Of a stretch of 64,000 bases of DNA, positions 43,371 through 53,623 are shown piece after piece. Within the stretch, counting starts at the first letter, position 1, and every line of letters starts with the position of its first letter. Origin of the DNA: an uncultured virus (IMG/VR IMGVR_UViG_3300021387_003647) (Duplodnaviria; Heunggongvirae; Uroviricota; Caudoviricetes); IMG/VR virus record IMGVR_UViG_3300021387_003647. One strand, 5' to 3'. A program made the translations under genes and the position numbers. The notes under the pieces are model-generated. The model saw only the letters and a program-made list of their open reading frames with translations. It made no database searches and was not told the origin of the DNA.

Positions 43371-44684
43371 TTATAATTCCGTTTCCAGCAACCGTTGTAT
43401 ATACTCATTATCGCTATATACACTGCTTGCAATCTTCGTGATATGTCCGTTATTCAACGGGAAAGCCATATAACAACTGAATTCTTTTTGGTTGGGAATA
43501 AAACTTCCGACACCCACTTCACGATATCTGAACTGTACCAGCCGATTTGATTCTACATATTTTTTTGTATCAGAATTCTTTACGGCAACTGGTCTGGCTC
43601 GACAAGACCGAATATACTTGCTTCGAATTCTTTTGTCGCGTAGTTCATAACGAGCATTGCTTCCTCGAGTCTCAGCAGTCTTATTACCGAGTCCGTTCAC
43701 TTTTACATCGCAACGCACACTGATGCATACAGAGAACTATTGCAGGAACTGTACGGGGATATTATCCATCACGCAACCTTTGATGCAACCGCCTAATATC
43801 TTGTAATCTATATCGTGAGCATCTTTGTTTACAGGGCTTGCATTTACACGAATCAGCAACTGGTCTTCTGCTAACCAGTTCCAGTCGATAGGAGTCAGTA
43901 GAATATCATCTATCTGCTTGGCTTCTTGCATCGCTATGTTCATAATACGAGTCAGGTTCACACTGTTCTTCAGCCAACTCACTATGTTCAACATCCGTTG
44001 AGACTTCTCTTTAAAATCATAAATCAGTTTATAGATTTCATCGAAGTCGTAATGGGTATCGTAGAATTCAGCGCCGACAATCTCTCCTTCTTTGTCGTCG
44101 CGAAAGAAAAACAACTTACCGGTATCATCTGGATGGTCCGGAATCGTGGTCTGCAATTTCTCCATCAGTTCCGAGAACTGTGCAACGAACTCATCTTCGC
44201 TGACTTTCAGCTATGGTGTCCAGCGAATCGTATATTCTTCTTTAATGTCTGGGAATACAGCCATCGAGTGATAACCGTATTTTTCTTTGTGAATATTACG
44301 GATAGATGCATCCTCGGGAAGTTCCAGTATCTCTTCACGAGTCAAACGGATAGAGTCCAACTGTTCGTTATGTTCTCCTCGAATATCTGTTATCAACAGT
44401 TCCTGGACTTTTGCCTGTAATACCAGTGGGCTCATCGATAGGATTCTCTCTATTAACTTCAGTTTCGTCTTCGGATTTGCCTTGCCGACAGTATATACAC
44501 TATGAATCTGCAACTGCAAAGCCATTACTTGCGGACCGGCAATTTCTTCTGCATTCAGTCCTTCAGCACTGACAAGGTCATCATCTTCGTCGCCTTCGAA
44601 GTTGTCGAAGTAGTCTTCGTTAATCTCCCGCCCGGAGAACATCTTCGTATAGTCTTCTGTCTTATGTCTGCGTTTAATTTCCAT
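43371..44684 (-). CDS. hypothetical protein, 'EDYFD' family (TAGs at 44211 and 43737)
   Basis: Three same-frame ORFs separated only by TAG. Confidence 0.7.
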
Positions 44685-45432
44685 ATAGCGGGTACTTCTC
44701 CTTTCCGTCATAATATCTTTTAGTGTAGAATTCTTTCACTTCTTCAGCCCAGTCTGTTCCCGGTTCTGTCGGCAACAAATGCTCACAGAATACTCTCATG
44801 ATGTTAATAAATTCTGTCCGGTCTTTATGTTTATCTTTCCAAATCTCTTCCCACATCACACCATATACCCAATCAGTCATCGCAGAATTTTCAGTCCCAC
44901 CAACAGATACTCGACTAATAAAGTGTGCTGTTGCATTTGGAATCTGTGAAGGAACTTTTATATTAAATACTGCTGTCAATAAACGATGAACTTCTCCAAC
45001 CGTTTTCATATTTGAAACACAATCCAATCTTAATGTGAAATAATCACTAATCCATTCTTTAATATATGACAAATCACTGTTTCCGAAATGATTAAAGTTG
45101 ATACGCTTTACTTCTGGTAAACCTTCATCATCTTCCTTTGTATTTTCTTCTTCGTAAGAAGGATATATCGGTTCAGATGGAGTTATTACATCTCCACTCA
45201 TCTTCAGAATATAATTCAATCGCTTAATGAACTGTTTGGATATTCGTGCCACTTCGCTCGCAGTCATCAAGGGATGGACAATACTAAAGTCAAAATCCAG
45301 ATGCAATGTCGGCTTGGGACGATTCAATGCTTCAGCATCATCTTCCAACTCTTTCTCCACATCTATATCCGGAGCCAGATCATCAACGTGGTCGAAGTAA
45401 TCTTCGTCTATTCTTTTATATTTGCGAATCAT
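44674..45432 (-). CDS. hypothetical protein, 'EDYFD' family
   Basis: MIRKYKRIDEDYFD; GATAAATA at 45456-45463. Confidence 0.7.
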   Translation of the reverse strand: MIRKYKRIDEDYFDHVDDLAPDIDVEKELEDDAEALNRPKPTLHLDFDFSIVHPLMTASEVARISKQFIKRLNYILKMSGDVITPSEPIYPSYEEENTKEDDEGLPEVKRINFNHFGNSDLSYIKEWISDYFTLRLDCVSNMKTVGEVHRLLTAVFNIKVPSQIPNATAHFISRVSVGGTENSAMTDWVYGVMWEEIWKDKHKDRTEFINIMRVFCEHLLPTEPGTDWAEEVKEFYTKRYYDGKEKYPLYGN

Positions 45433-45532
45433 TTGTGTAAATCGTGAAATTTCCGTATTTATCAACAAAAAGAGAGTAGTTCGATAACACACGAACAACT
45501 CTCTAAACAATTATGATACGTAAAAAATAAAA

Positions 45533-46123
45533 TTATAATCCGCTTTGAATCGTGAAGAAGTCATTGCTTCCGTCTGTGGAAGTTCCGATGATATGAGCAC
45601 TGCGATGTTCCTTGCCTTCTTCGTCAGTCTCCGTGCGCACATAATACTCTACCTGGCCGGTAAAGTCCTTCACTACAGCAGCACACCAGGGATGGCTGTC
45701 AACGAACTTCTGTACACAAGGATACTTCTTCAGCAACTTGTCATAGTCAAACACGGCAACACGTCCGCTGTCTGCACAGAACTCTCCGAGCACGTTGTTG
45801 TCTTTCATAAACTGCTCTTTCTGTTTCTTCCAGTCTTCGTAGAACGCAGCCTTCTCTTCCTTAGACTTTCCCGAGAAATTATACTCGTTCCAGAACTTGA
45901 AATACATCTCGTCCCAATTACCCGGACGTTCGTCGCCTTCCAGTTTTCCCTGATACACGAAACAACTCCAGTCTCCGTAAATCGTGTTCTCGTTAATCAG
46001 TGCTTCGTAGTCACCCACCCGATTGTACGATACCTTGCCGTCATCTCCCACAATCTCATCCTTGACATAGCAAGGGTCTGTAATCAGCACATTTGTGCTC
46101 TCTTTGAAATCAACTTGTTTCAT
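45533..46123 (-). CDS. hypothetical phage protein (ITDPCY...GEFCADSG motifs)
   Basis: 196-aa ORF with promoter variant upstream. Confidence 0.65.
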   Translation of the reverse strand: MKQVDFKESTNVLITDPCYVKDEIVGDDGKVSYNRVGDYEALINENTIYGDWSCFVYQGKLEGDERPGNWDEMYFKFWNEYNFSGKSKEEKAAFYEDWKKQKEQFMKDNNVLGEFCADSGRVAVFDYDKLLKKYPCVQKFVDSHPWCAAVVKDFTGQVEYYVRTETDEEGKEHRSAHIIGTSTDGSNDFFTIQSGL

Positions 46124-46300
46124 TTCTCTACAATTTTAATTATTTCTCTGTTAATTGTACTCCGAAACTTCAAAAAAGTTTTCGTTCGGATTTCCGTATG
46201 AAGAGAATTATGAATATTTAGAAAATAATTTTCCGAACATAAACTTTCGTATATAATTTATAGTATAATAAATAGGAAAACTAATTTTTAATAAGATAAA

Positions 46301-46678
46301 ATGAAAATATCAAAACCGTGTCTAATAGACACATTCAAAGATGAATACCATCTGAACGAGAACGAATCTCTTGATGAAGCAAGAGATATGATGAAGTACA
46401 AGCCGGTGAAGAAAAGTCCGAACCGTCCGAGATTATTACACCCCGAAGAGCAATTAACTGACGAAGAAGAGCAGAACGAGCGTATTGCAGAACAGATTGC
46501 GAACAAGTACGGATTGCTTTATATAGAACAGTCTTGTATTGGCGGAAAGAGTTATCAGTTTAATGACTTGGTTGCCGCTAAGAGAGAACTATCTAAATTT
46601 ATGAAGACCGGTGATATTGAACAGCCGTTTGAATCAGAAAAAGAAACAGTAGATTGGTTATTTGTATTTTGGTCATGA
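46301..46678 (+). CDS. hypothetical protein (paralog of 9086..9448)
   Basis: Sequence similarity to the first copy. Confidence 0.7.
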   Translation: MKISKPCLIDTFKDEYHLNENESLDEARDMMKYKPVKKSPNRPRLLHPEEQLTDEEEQNERIAEQIANKYGLLYIEQSCIGGKSYQFNDLVAAKRELSKFMKTGDIEQPFESEKETVDWLFVFWS

Positions 46679-47244
46679 AGAACGCATTATTTGAAATGTC
46701 AAGTTTCTACGTCGGTTTATCTGATATTGACGGAAAGAAACAAAAGTCAGGTAAAGGAAAATACTATCTGGCTTTAAACGGTGATATTGATTATGTTCGT
46801 CCACCGCATTTCCATATTTATGATAAGACAAGGCGAACGAACGATTGGACAATTGAAATCAATCTACAGAGATTTCTTTGCACGGGAGAGCCGTTTATAC
46901 GAAGAATTCACGATGGTCAAAGTAAACAAAATGCTGACGAAATTAATCAATTAAAATATCGAAAGTTGAAGAACTTATTGTTAACTATTCTGTATCAAAA
47001 GCCGAATGTCTCGAAGCCAGACTATGTTGCATCATCTCGTGACTGTATCGAAGCAATGATTCGTATCTTCAATAAAGAAGCAGATATAGTGCGCAATGGC
47101 TCAACGAGTTACAAGAACGTCCCAGAAGAAGAGAAGTTCTTGACGATTATTCGAGAGAATGCTGATAAGATGAAGATACTCCCGGAATTCAGGAAATACT
47201 TCTCACCAGAACTACAAAAGAAATACGCAGATTGTTTTCAATAA
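46675..47244 (+). CDS. PPHFH-motif protein (DUF4160-like), paralog of 8520..9089
   Basis: C-terminal ~80 aa identical to the first copy. Confidence 0.6.
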   Translation: MKNALFEMSSFYVGLSDIDGKKQKSGKGKYYLALNGDIDYVRPPHFHIYDKTRRTNDWTIEINLQRFLCTGEPFIRRIHDGQSKQNADEINQLKYRKLKNLLLTILYQKPNVSKPDYVASSRDCIEAMIRIFNKEADIVRNGSTSYKNVPEEEKFLTIIRENADKMKILPEFRKYFSPELQKKYADCFQ

Positions 47245-47327
47245 AGAAGAGCACTCGAACTGAGTGCTCTTTTTGTCTTCGGAAATTTCCGAAAGAAACT
47301 TTATTTCGTTTCGTGAGTATAATATAT

Positions 47328-47534
47328 ATGAAGAGTTTTACAACAATACTAAGAGAGAATGCTCAGAACCTGGATATGTATTCGAATATTACCGGACCGA
47401 AAGCAGAAAGAGTTCGGGAACTATAGAAATAGATTCTGAATATAGCAGATGAACTAGATACTCTGTTGATTCCAGAATCTGAATACGATTTGAATATGTC
47501 TATTAACTTAGAAACAGAAGAGCACTCGAACTGA
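47328..47534 (+). CDS. small hypothetical protein (68 aa, two TAGs)
   Basis: ATG directly after AACTTT-N13-AGTATAAT; bounded by duplicated terminators at ~47245 and ~47516. Confidence 0.45.
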
Positions 47535-47545
47535 GTGCTCTTCTT

Positions 47546-48454
47546 TTAATATTCTATGATTTCGATGTCTTCGTATAAATCTGTGTAGTAGTTTAGAACC
47601 CAAGCTCGAATGAACTTTTGGATGTTCCAACCAGATTCACTATTCGCACGAATGCTATATTTCTGATTGGGATTTTCTTTTGAAATACTGGGATTCATTC
47701 GAAGAAAAGCCCGATATGCATCCAAATGATTAAACGGTCTATTTGGATATTTCATTTCATCAATATCAAATCCACGAAGATAATCAGGTACTTCGTAAAT
47801 TTCATTATTTTTGAGAGCGATACTTTTGCTTTCTACTTCTGGATAAACATACTTTAGAATCAAGAAATCATCTATCGTCAGTTCACGAGTCGGCCCATAT
47901 AATTTTAGTTTCTTTCGATACTCTTCCATTTTTTCTTCATATTCTTGAAGAGCATCTTCATATGCATCTGCTGTAGCGTATTTTCCAGATTGATACTACC
48001 GAAGGAATTCTTCAACATTTTTCTTGTATTCTTCCAGTTCTTTTTGATATTGTTCGTATTCATCTTTATGAAATTTTCTATTAATTTTATATCCCCAATA
48101 TCTTTTCTATTCTGGCGGATCGAATGGAAGACCTTCGTTATTTATGAATTTTTTCATTCTTGGTTTATTTGGTTTCTTCGGAAACGGCATACTCATATAT
48201 TCACTATGAATCCACTTTTCGTATTCTTCACGAAACTCTTCTTTATTGAACTTCGGAAGTTTCACATCGGCATTGACAGCCATTTCATTCAAGTTGAATG
48301 CTTCCTTCAACTCACTAGTCACTCCGGCAATGAAGTCATCTGCTTCGCTGTCGTGAGATTCGTTCAGAGTCCAGTCCAGACTCTCTATGAAGCCGATGAC
48401 GCTCTGCGAAATCGTCTCCATAATCTTTTCGTATATAATTTTCCTGTTTCTCAT
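47546..48454 (-). CDS. hypothetical protein (two TAGs; RKIIYEKIM leader)
   Basis: Joins 48107..48514 and 47546..47929 in frame; GATAAATA at 48460-48467. Confidence 0.65.
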
Positions 48455-48490
48455 ATGATTATTTATCAAGCAAAAAATATACACAAAACG

Positions 48491-48567
48491 ACCTAAGGTG
48501 TTACAAAAAATCACCTAAGGTGTTTTTGCAAAACATCTAAGGTGTTAATGGGGTAAGACCTAAGGTC
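48491..48567. repeat. 4x A(C/T)CTAAGGT at 22-23-bp period
   Basis: Copies at 48491, 48513, 48535 and 48558. Confidence 0.85.
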
Positions 48568-48628
48568 ATTTTTAATAAAACTTTCGATGATAAATAATGA
48601 AAGAAATTTTATTCATTTTTTAAAAAAT

Positions 48629-49177
48629 ATGAAAACGGTTGCTTTATATTCAGTTTTTGAATCAGTGATTTCTAAGATTCGCTGTTTCTTTATGAGATTC
48701 CGCTCACGCGGAGTCATTGACTTCGAGACGCTAGTGAACACTTCTCTGAAGGGAAGTACGTTCCGTCCATCAGAAGTGTTGGGTGCGTTCGAACTAATTA
48801 AGGAAGGTGCTATTGATTTTATGGCACTTGGATTCCGTGTTGACATCGGAAACGACTTCATCAGTATCTGGCCGAATATCATCGGCAGTGTGAAAGACAC
48901 TGTTGACCCGAGTACGGGAAAGGTGATTCCCGCAGATCCGTCTAAACTGACAGCAGCTGACGGTGAGACAAAAGTCGGTTGTACTGTTGCAAAAAAGTAT
49001 AACAAGAAAGTCAGCAAGATTATTGAGTGGAAGAAAATCAAGGAATCAGATAAACCAGAAGACCTGGTTGATGATACCGAAGATCCGAATGACAATCCGG
49101 AAACGATTCCAACCATCGACACATCCACCGGTTCGAACAACTCTGGCGGTGATGACATTCCTTCTGGAAACGGATAA
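48629..49177 (+). CDS. Bacteroidota-type HU-related DNA-binding protein
   Basis: Paralog of 6862..7401, sharing the TIDTSTGSN..GGDDIPSGNG tail. Confidence 0.6.
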   Translation: MKTVALYSVFESVISKIRCFFMRFRSRGVIDFETLVNTSLKGSTFRPSEVLGAFELIKEGAIDFMALGFRVDIGNDFISIWPNIIGSVKDTVDPSTGKVIPADPSKLTAADGETKVGCTVAKKYNKKVSKIIEWKKIKESDKPEDLVDDTEDPNDNPETIPTIDTSTGSNNSGGDDIPSGNG

Positions 49178-49256
49178 ATTCTATCATAATTGAACGTGAT
49201 AAGTATTAATTTTCCCGGCTCGCTGATTATCACGAGCCGGGTTTTTGTGTCTGTCC

Positions 49257-49520
49257 TCACCTCCACGTAATCTCATAGACATCGTGTTCTCGTGGATCGT
49301 CGGGACAGCCTTTCTCTAACTTCGTTCCGTAACCCAGATTACGTAGTTTCTCAAGAACGTAATCCGGTGTGCCTCCCGAAATATAGCAGTAAAACTGTTT
49401 CTTCTGAGTTGCTTGACGGATTTTCTCCATAATAGGATACAACTCGCTATCATCCAACTTGATGGCATCTTTTGTCATCTGTCTTGCCTTGTCTGCACTA
49501 AAAATCTTAAAATCTGGCAT
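49257..49520 (-). CDS. hypothetical protein
   Basis: ORF track. Confidence 0.6.
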   Translation of the reverse strand: MPDFKIFSADKARQMTKDAIKLDDSELYPIMEKIRQATQKKQFYCYISGGTPDYVLEKLRNLGYGTKLEKGCPDDPREHDVYEITWR

Positions 49521-49555
49521 AATTGTTTGGTTTTATTGAATATACATTACTATTG

Positions 49556-50245
49556 TTATTTTGACCATTTATAGAATCCGTAGATGCAGTTGAGCGTCCA
49601 GAACAGGAACTGCGCTGCCATGCAGTAGTCACCGGCAATGAGCCACATAATGACTGAACCGACATCGATGATAAACCAGAACAGCCACTGTTCACGGTAA
49701 CGATAGGTCAGCAGGATTTGTCCGATGAATGCCGGGACCGTTGTGACAGAGTCCATCAACGGCTGCGTGTCGTCTGTCAGACAAAGTATCGCATTCAACA
49801 GTACGATAGCGATAACCATCCCGCCGGTAATCTCGATGAACCGTTGTTTACTTAACCGGCGAGTCTCTACTTCAGCAGTCTCGCGGTTGTAGTGATTCAG
49901 CCACGTCAACATACCGATGAGCATCATCACAGCATAGAATGCGTTCTCGGCCAGTTCGCCGTAGAGTCGCTGCTCATATGCCAGGATGCAGTATGTGATA
50001 AGTTGCAGCCACCCGAATGCATAGAACAGCCATTTCTTCTGACTGCACAGTACTACACTGATGACGCCCGCACTGCCGCTGATGAGCGAGATAGCAGCTG
50101 CATCTGTCACTCGGAACGTCACATACTGGATAATCAGTCCGGAGAGCATAAACAGCAGTCCGAACCAACTGTCGAACAGTTCATTCTTCAGAACTCCAAA
50201 TAAGTTCCTAAAGTGATATGCCAGTTCTTCTAATACGTCTTTCAT
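49556..50245 (-). CDS. pnuC: nicotinamide riboside transporter PnuC
   Basis: Multi-pass membrane protein; DSVTT, REQWLFW, YGFYKW; overlaps nadR-like gene. Confidence 0.85.
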   Translation of the reverse strand: MKDVLEELAYHFRNLFGVLKNELFDSWFGLLFMLSGLIIQYVTFRVTDAAAISLISGSAGVISVVLCSQKKWLFYAFGWLQLITYCILAYEQRLYGELAENAFYAVMMLIGMLTWLNHYNRETAEVETRRLSKQRFIEITGGMVIAIVLLNAILCLTDDTQPLMDSVTTVPAFIGQILLTYRYREQWLFWFIIDVGSVIMWLIAGDYCMAAQFLFWTLNCIYGFYKWSK

Positions 50246-51336
50246 TTCAAATTCTGAATATAGTCACGAACAGTCTCGAAATTCTTCAGGAACTCTCCGC
50301 CGGTCAGTGCAGTGACTTTCTCTTTTTCGATTCCGAACTGCTTCATTATATTATGAAGAATCTTGATATTCTTCTTGCGTTCTTCGATACTCGACTGCTT
50401 CATATAACGACAACCGTCATCCACGAAGTTCGGATTACCCGGAGTCAGCACAAAGATATGGTCCCAATGATAGTACTTCGCAATGCTCTTGGCATGTTGC
50501 AACAGTGCAGAATAGTCTTTCAGAGAAATATCAATATCCGGGTCGGCAGCATAGGCACGGGCATACATCAGCGTCACTAAGTTGTCTGTGTCCTGGATAG
50601 TGATGCCGCTGGTAGCGTTCATCACGGCCTTCTTGTACTCTTCGTACTGCCCGGAGATAAACTGATGGAAGTCGTTCGCTACCAAGTCCACATCGGTAAT
50701 GTTTCGCTGTTCCATATAGACTCGTCCGTACTCAACTGTCTTGGGAATATTGAAGTACTTCGCAATGTCGTTGACAAGCGTTGTCTTGCCTTCAGAAGCA
50801 GTTCCGATGACCAGGATATTCTTCACGAAGTACGGCTGGAAGGTCTTGACAATCTGCGAGAACCACTTCATAGGCTCTTTACGAATAGCAGTACCGGAGA
50901 TGGGATTCACCCGGTCAATGCAGATAACCGGCTCTTCAATGGTTGTCAAGTCCTCGCAATATTTCTCTTCGGCAACATACCACCAGTACTGTTTATACAG
51001 TGTGACACATTCCGGCTCGACAATCAGTTTAATCTGTCGCTTCACTTCTGTCGTCCAGACTTTCCAGTTGTGGAGCGACATCGACTCATCGATGCCCAAC
51101 TTCGTGTCGTTCACTTTGAGCACCGTTATCTGCTCGTCACCTTTGAAGAATTCAGTGACGAGCGCATAACGTTTGTTCAGGTCGAGATTGATTTCGTTGG
51201 CTCTCGGTTCATCATCATAGCCGCACACCACAACAAATACCCTATTGCACTGCTTCTTGGCTTTCATAATGACATCAAGATGTCCGCGATGCATCGGACA
51301 ATACCCACCGAAACAAATTCCTATTGTATCTGCCAT
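50242..51336 (-). CDS. nadR: NadR-like NMN adenylyltransferase / ribosylnicotinamide kinase (no HTH)
   Basis: PMHRGH, ISGTAIR, GTASEGKTT, EYGR, DTD, DDG.R. Confidence 0.85.
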   Translation of the reverse strand: MADTIGICFGGYCPMHRGHLDVIMKAKKQCNRVFVVVCGYDDEPRANEINLDLNKRYALVTEFFKGDEQITVLKVNDTKLGIDESMSLHNWKVWTTEVKRQIKLIVEPECVTLYKQYWWYVAEEKYCEDLTTIEEPVICIDRVNPISGTAIRKEPMKWFSQIVKTFQPYFVKNILVIGTASEGKTTLVNDIAKYFNIPKTVEYGRVYMEQRNITDVDLVANDFHQFISGQYEEYKKAVMNATSGITIQDTDNLVTLMYARAYAADPDIDISLKDYSALLQHAKSIAKYYHWDHIFVLTPGNPNFVDDGCRYMKQSSIEERKKNIKILHNIMKQFGIEKEKVTALTGGEFLKNFETVRDYIQNLK

Positions 51337-51348
51337 AGTCTCAACAGT

Positions 51349-53454
51349 TTAGAAATAGAATTTCAAGTCTGCGAATACACCGGTTCCGGCATTACGGAAC
51401 CAGCGCAACTTGTCGTTTGCACCGACCGCAGCATTATAGTAGTTCGTGCGATTGAAGATGTTGTTTACACGCAGTCCGGCTTCAATCTGTCGCCAGCGAT
51501 AACTTCCTTCGATATTGAATGTCAGATACTCCGGAATGGTGTAGACGTTCTCCAAGTCGATATACATCTTCGTATGATACTGACTGTTCAGTGCTACACG
51601 CCAGTTGCGGGCCTGATAGTTCAATTCGTTATTGAACACGAAAGCGGGTGTCAGAATGTGCGTACTCTCTCCGTAAGTCTCAGTCTTGATACGGTTTCGG
51701 CCCAATGAAGTATTCAGCACATAGTGAAAATTAGTGAAGAAATTCCAGTCAACCGTTGCTTCTGCTCCGTAGCGATATGACTTGTCGGCAGTGTCGTGCA
51801 GAGGCAGTCCGTTCAGTCCGTACTGTCCATTGAGCACTCGCTCGTTGCGGAAGTTCATATAATACAGGTTGACGTTTGCTTTGATACGGTTCATCGATGT
51901 CTCGTAACCCAACTCCACATCATAAGAACGTTCTGCCTTGTTGGTTGTCAGGTCCCCGACATAGTACTCATTACCGCCGAACATATCCGTGCGAGTCGGT
52001 TCACGACTTACTTCAGCATAGCGCACATACAGTTTGTTCTGTGGGTCGATATTATACGAAATCCCAAGACCGTAATTGATGAAATCCCAACGGGTATCAT
52101 ATCTGCCGGAACCAAACGTCATCAGCGGATTCATATGGTCGATGTAGTCGAAGTCCACGTGACGATACTGGATGTTCCCGTTGAAGTTGAAGCGGCCCAG
52201 TGTGTAACTGACGGCAGCAAACACTTCAGCATCGTTCTTACGGCCGGTGTTGTCATAGTACTCGCTTGGATCCACATTACGGAAATGCTCCTTCACCCGG
52301 TCGTTCATAAAGTGTTCGCGCTTATACTTATATACATTCGTACCGACGGTGAAGTTCAGGTCATTGAAGAAGAACTTGGCTGCTGCATTGGCACCATAGA
52401 GATAATGCTCAAGACCGTAGGTATAGAGAATGCCCGTCGGTTGCCAGTCAGTGTCAACCATCTTCCACATATAGTTGTCCAGGTCCATATTGTACCATCC
52501 GTTCTGATATTGCAGGTAAGCAGATGCTGTCAGGAAGATATTCTCGCCGACCTTTCCCTTATACTGTATTCTGTTCACGGTCTGGAACCACTCGTCGATG
52601 TCGTCAGCTACATTGCCGTTAGCATGTTTGTTCTGGGCCAGTTCGTCCATCGTAGAACCAATCCATCCCTGACAGTTGCGATGACGGCCGTTCAGCGACA
52701 ACACATCGATGCTGTGATTATCGTTGAACCAATAACCGTACTTCAACGTAAATGCCTGGCTGTTGTTGAACGAGTTGTCCTTGAATCCGTCGGTCTGCTG
52801 TTGTGTAGCCTTGACATGGAATGCGTGATGTTTGCCTAACAGTCCGGAATTGTATATCAGCGAAGTCTTGTATGTATTCCACGAACCGCCGCCGACATAT
52901 GCATATGATATCGTGTCGGTCAACAGATTCACCGACTCCATATTGATTGAACCGCCACTGCTGGCCGTGCCGTTGTTGATTGCTGAAGAACCGCGTTCTA
53001 CCTTGATACTATGCATACTCGACATCAGGTCCGGTGAGTTGGCGAAGTATGTGCCGTAATCTTCCGATTCGTTCCAGGGCATACCGTCCAGTGTAACATT
53101 GATGCGAGTCTGGTCAAGTCCGCGAATACGGAAATAGCCGTATCCGAACTCCGTACCATTATCGTTCATCGAGAAAACATTCGGCATCTTCGCAAACAAG
53201 TGGGAAGGTTCCTGACCGTAGTTCTCAGTGATAAGCGTCTTGTTGTCGATGAGATAGCCGACATTGACGTTGTTGCGATACAGCGAAGTAACGGTCACTT
53301 CGTCCAGACAGATGGTATCGCTGACTGTAGCATCGGGGGAAATCTCCGCTGTAGTTGTTACATACTTAGCAGACTTGCTGCCGTTCCTGTTCTCAGACTG
53401 TGCACCCAGAGCGATGATGCTCATCAGTGCAATCATAAAAATCTTTTTGTTCAT
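51349..53454 (-). CDS. TonB-dependent outer-membrane receptor
   Basis: Signal peptide, LDEVTVT box, plug RIRG..INVTLDGMP, VNNIFN, terminal Phe; TACCTTTG promoter at 53496-53503. Confidence 0.9.
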   Translation of the reverse strand: MNKKIFMIALMSIIALGAQSENRNGSKSAKYVTTTAEISPDATVSDTICLDEVTVTSLYRNNVNVGYLIDNKTLITENYGQEPSHLFAKMPNVFSMNDNGTEFGYGYFRIRGLDQTRINVTLDGMPWNESEDYGTYFANSPDLMSSMHSIKVERGSSAINNGTASSGGSINMESVNLLTDTISYAYVGGGSWNTYKTSLIYNSGLLGKHHAFHVKATQQQTDGFKDNSFNNSQAFTLKYGYWFNDNHSIDVLSLNGRHRNCQGWIGSTMDELAQNKHANGNVADDIDEWFQTVNRIQYKGKVGENIFLTASAYLQYQNGWYNMDLDNYMWKMVDTDWQPTGILYTYGLEHYLYGANAAAKFFFNDLNFTVGTNVYKYKREHFMNDRVKEHFRNVDPSEYYDNTGRKNDAEVFAAVSYTLGRFNFNGNIQYRHVDFDYIDHMNPLMTFGSGRYDTRWDFINYGLGISYNIDPQNKLYVRYAEVSREPTRTDMFGGNEYYVGDLTTNKAERSYDVELGYETSMNRIKANVNLYYMNFRNERVLNGQYGLNGLPLHDTADKSYRYGAEATVDWNFFTNFHYVLNTSLGRNRIKTETYGESTHILTPAFVFNNELNYQARNWRVALNSQYHTKMYIDLENVYTIPEYLTFNIEGSYRWRQIEAGLRVNNIFNRTNYYNAAVGANDKLRWFRNAGTGVFADLKFYF

Positions 53455-53623
53455 AATAAATGTTTGTTTAAACGTTAATGAATTAATTTCGCTGACAAAG
53501 GTAAGCATTATTTCTGAACCGTGCAAACTTTTTGCCGGAAAACTTTCATTTGTTAGGAATAATTAGGAAATGGAACATAAAAAGAGCCCAGCCATTGCTG
53601 ACTGAGCCCCAAGAAAAGAAATG

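Noticed and set aside
48491..48567. Mini CRISPR array (also 7469-7522 and 29671-29750)
   Set aside because: Repeats of ~10 bp with ~12-bp spacers are far too short, and no cas gene is adjacent.
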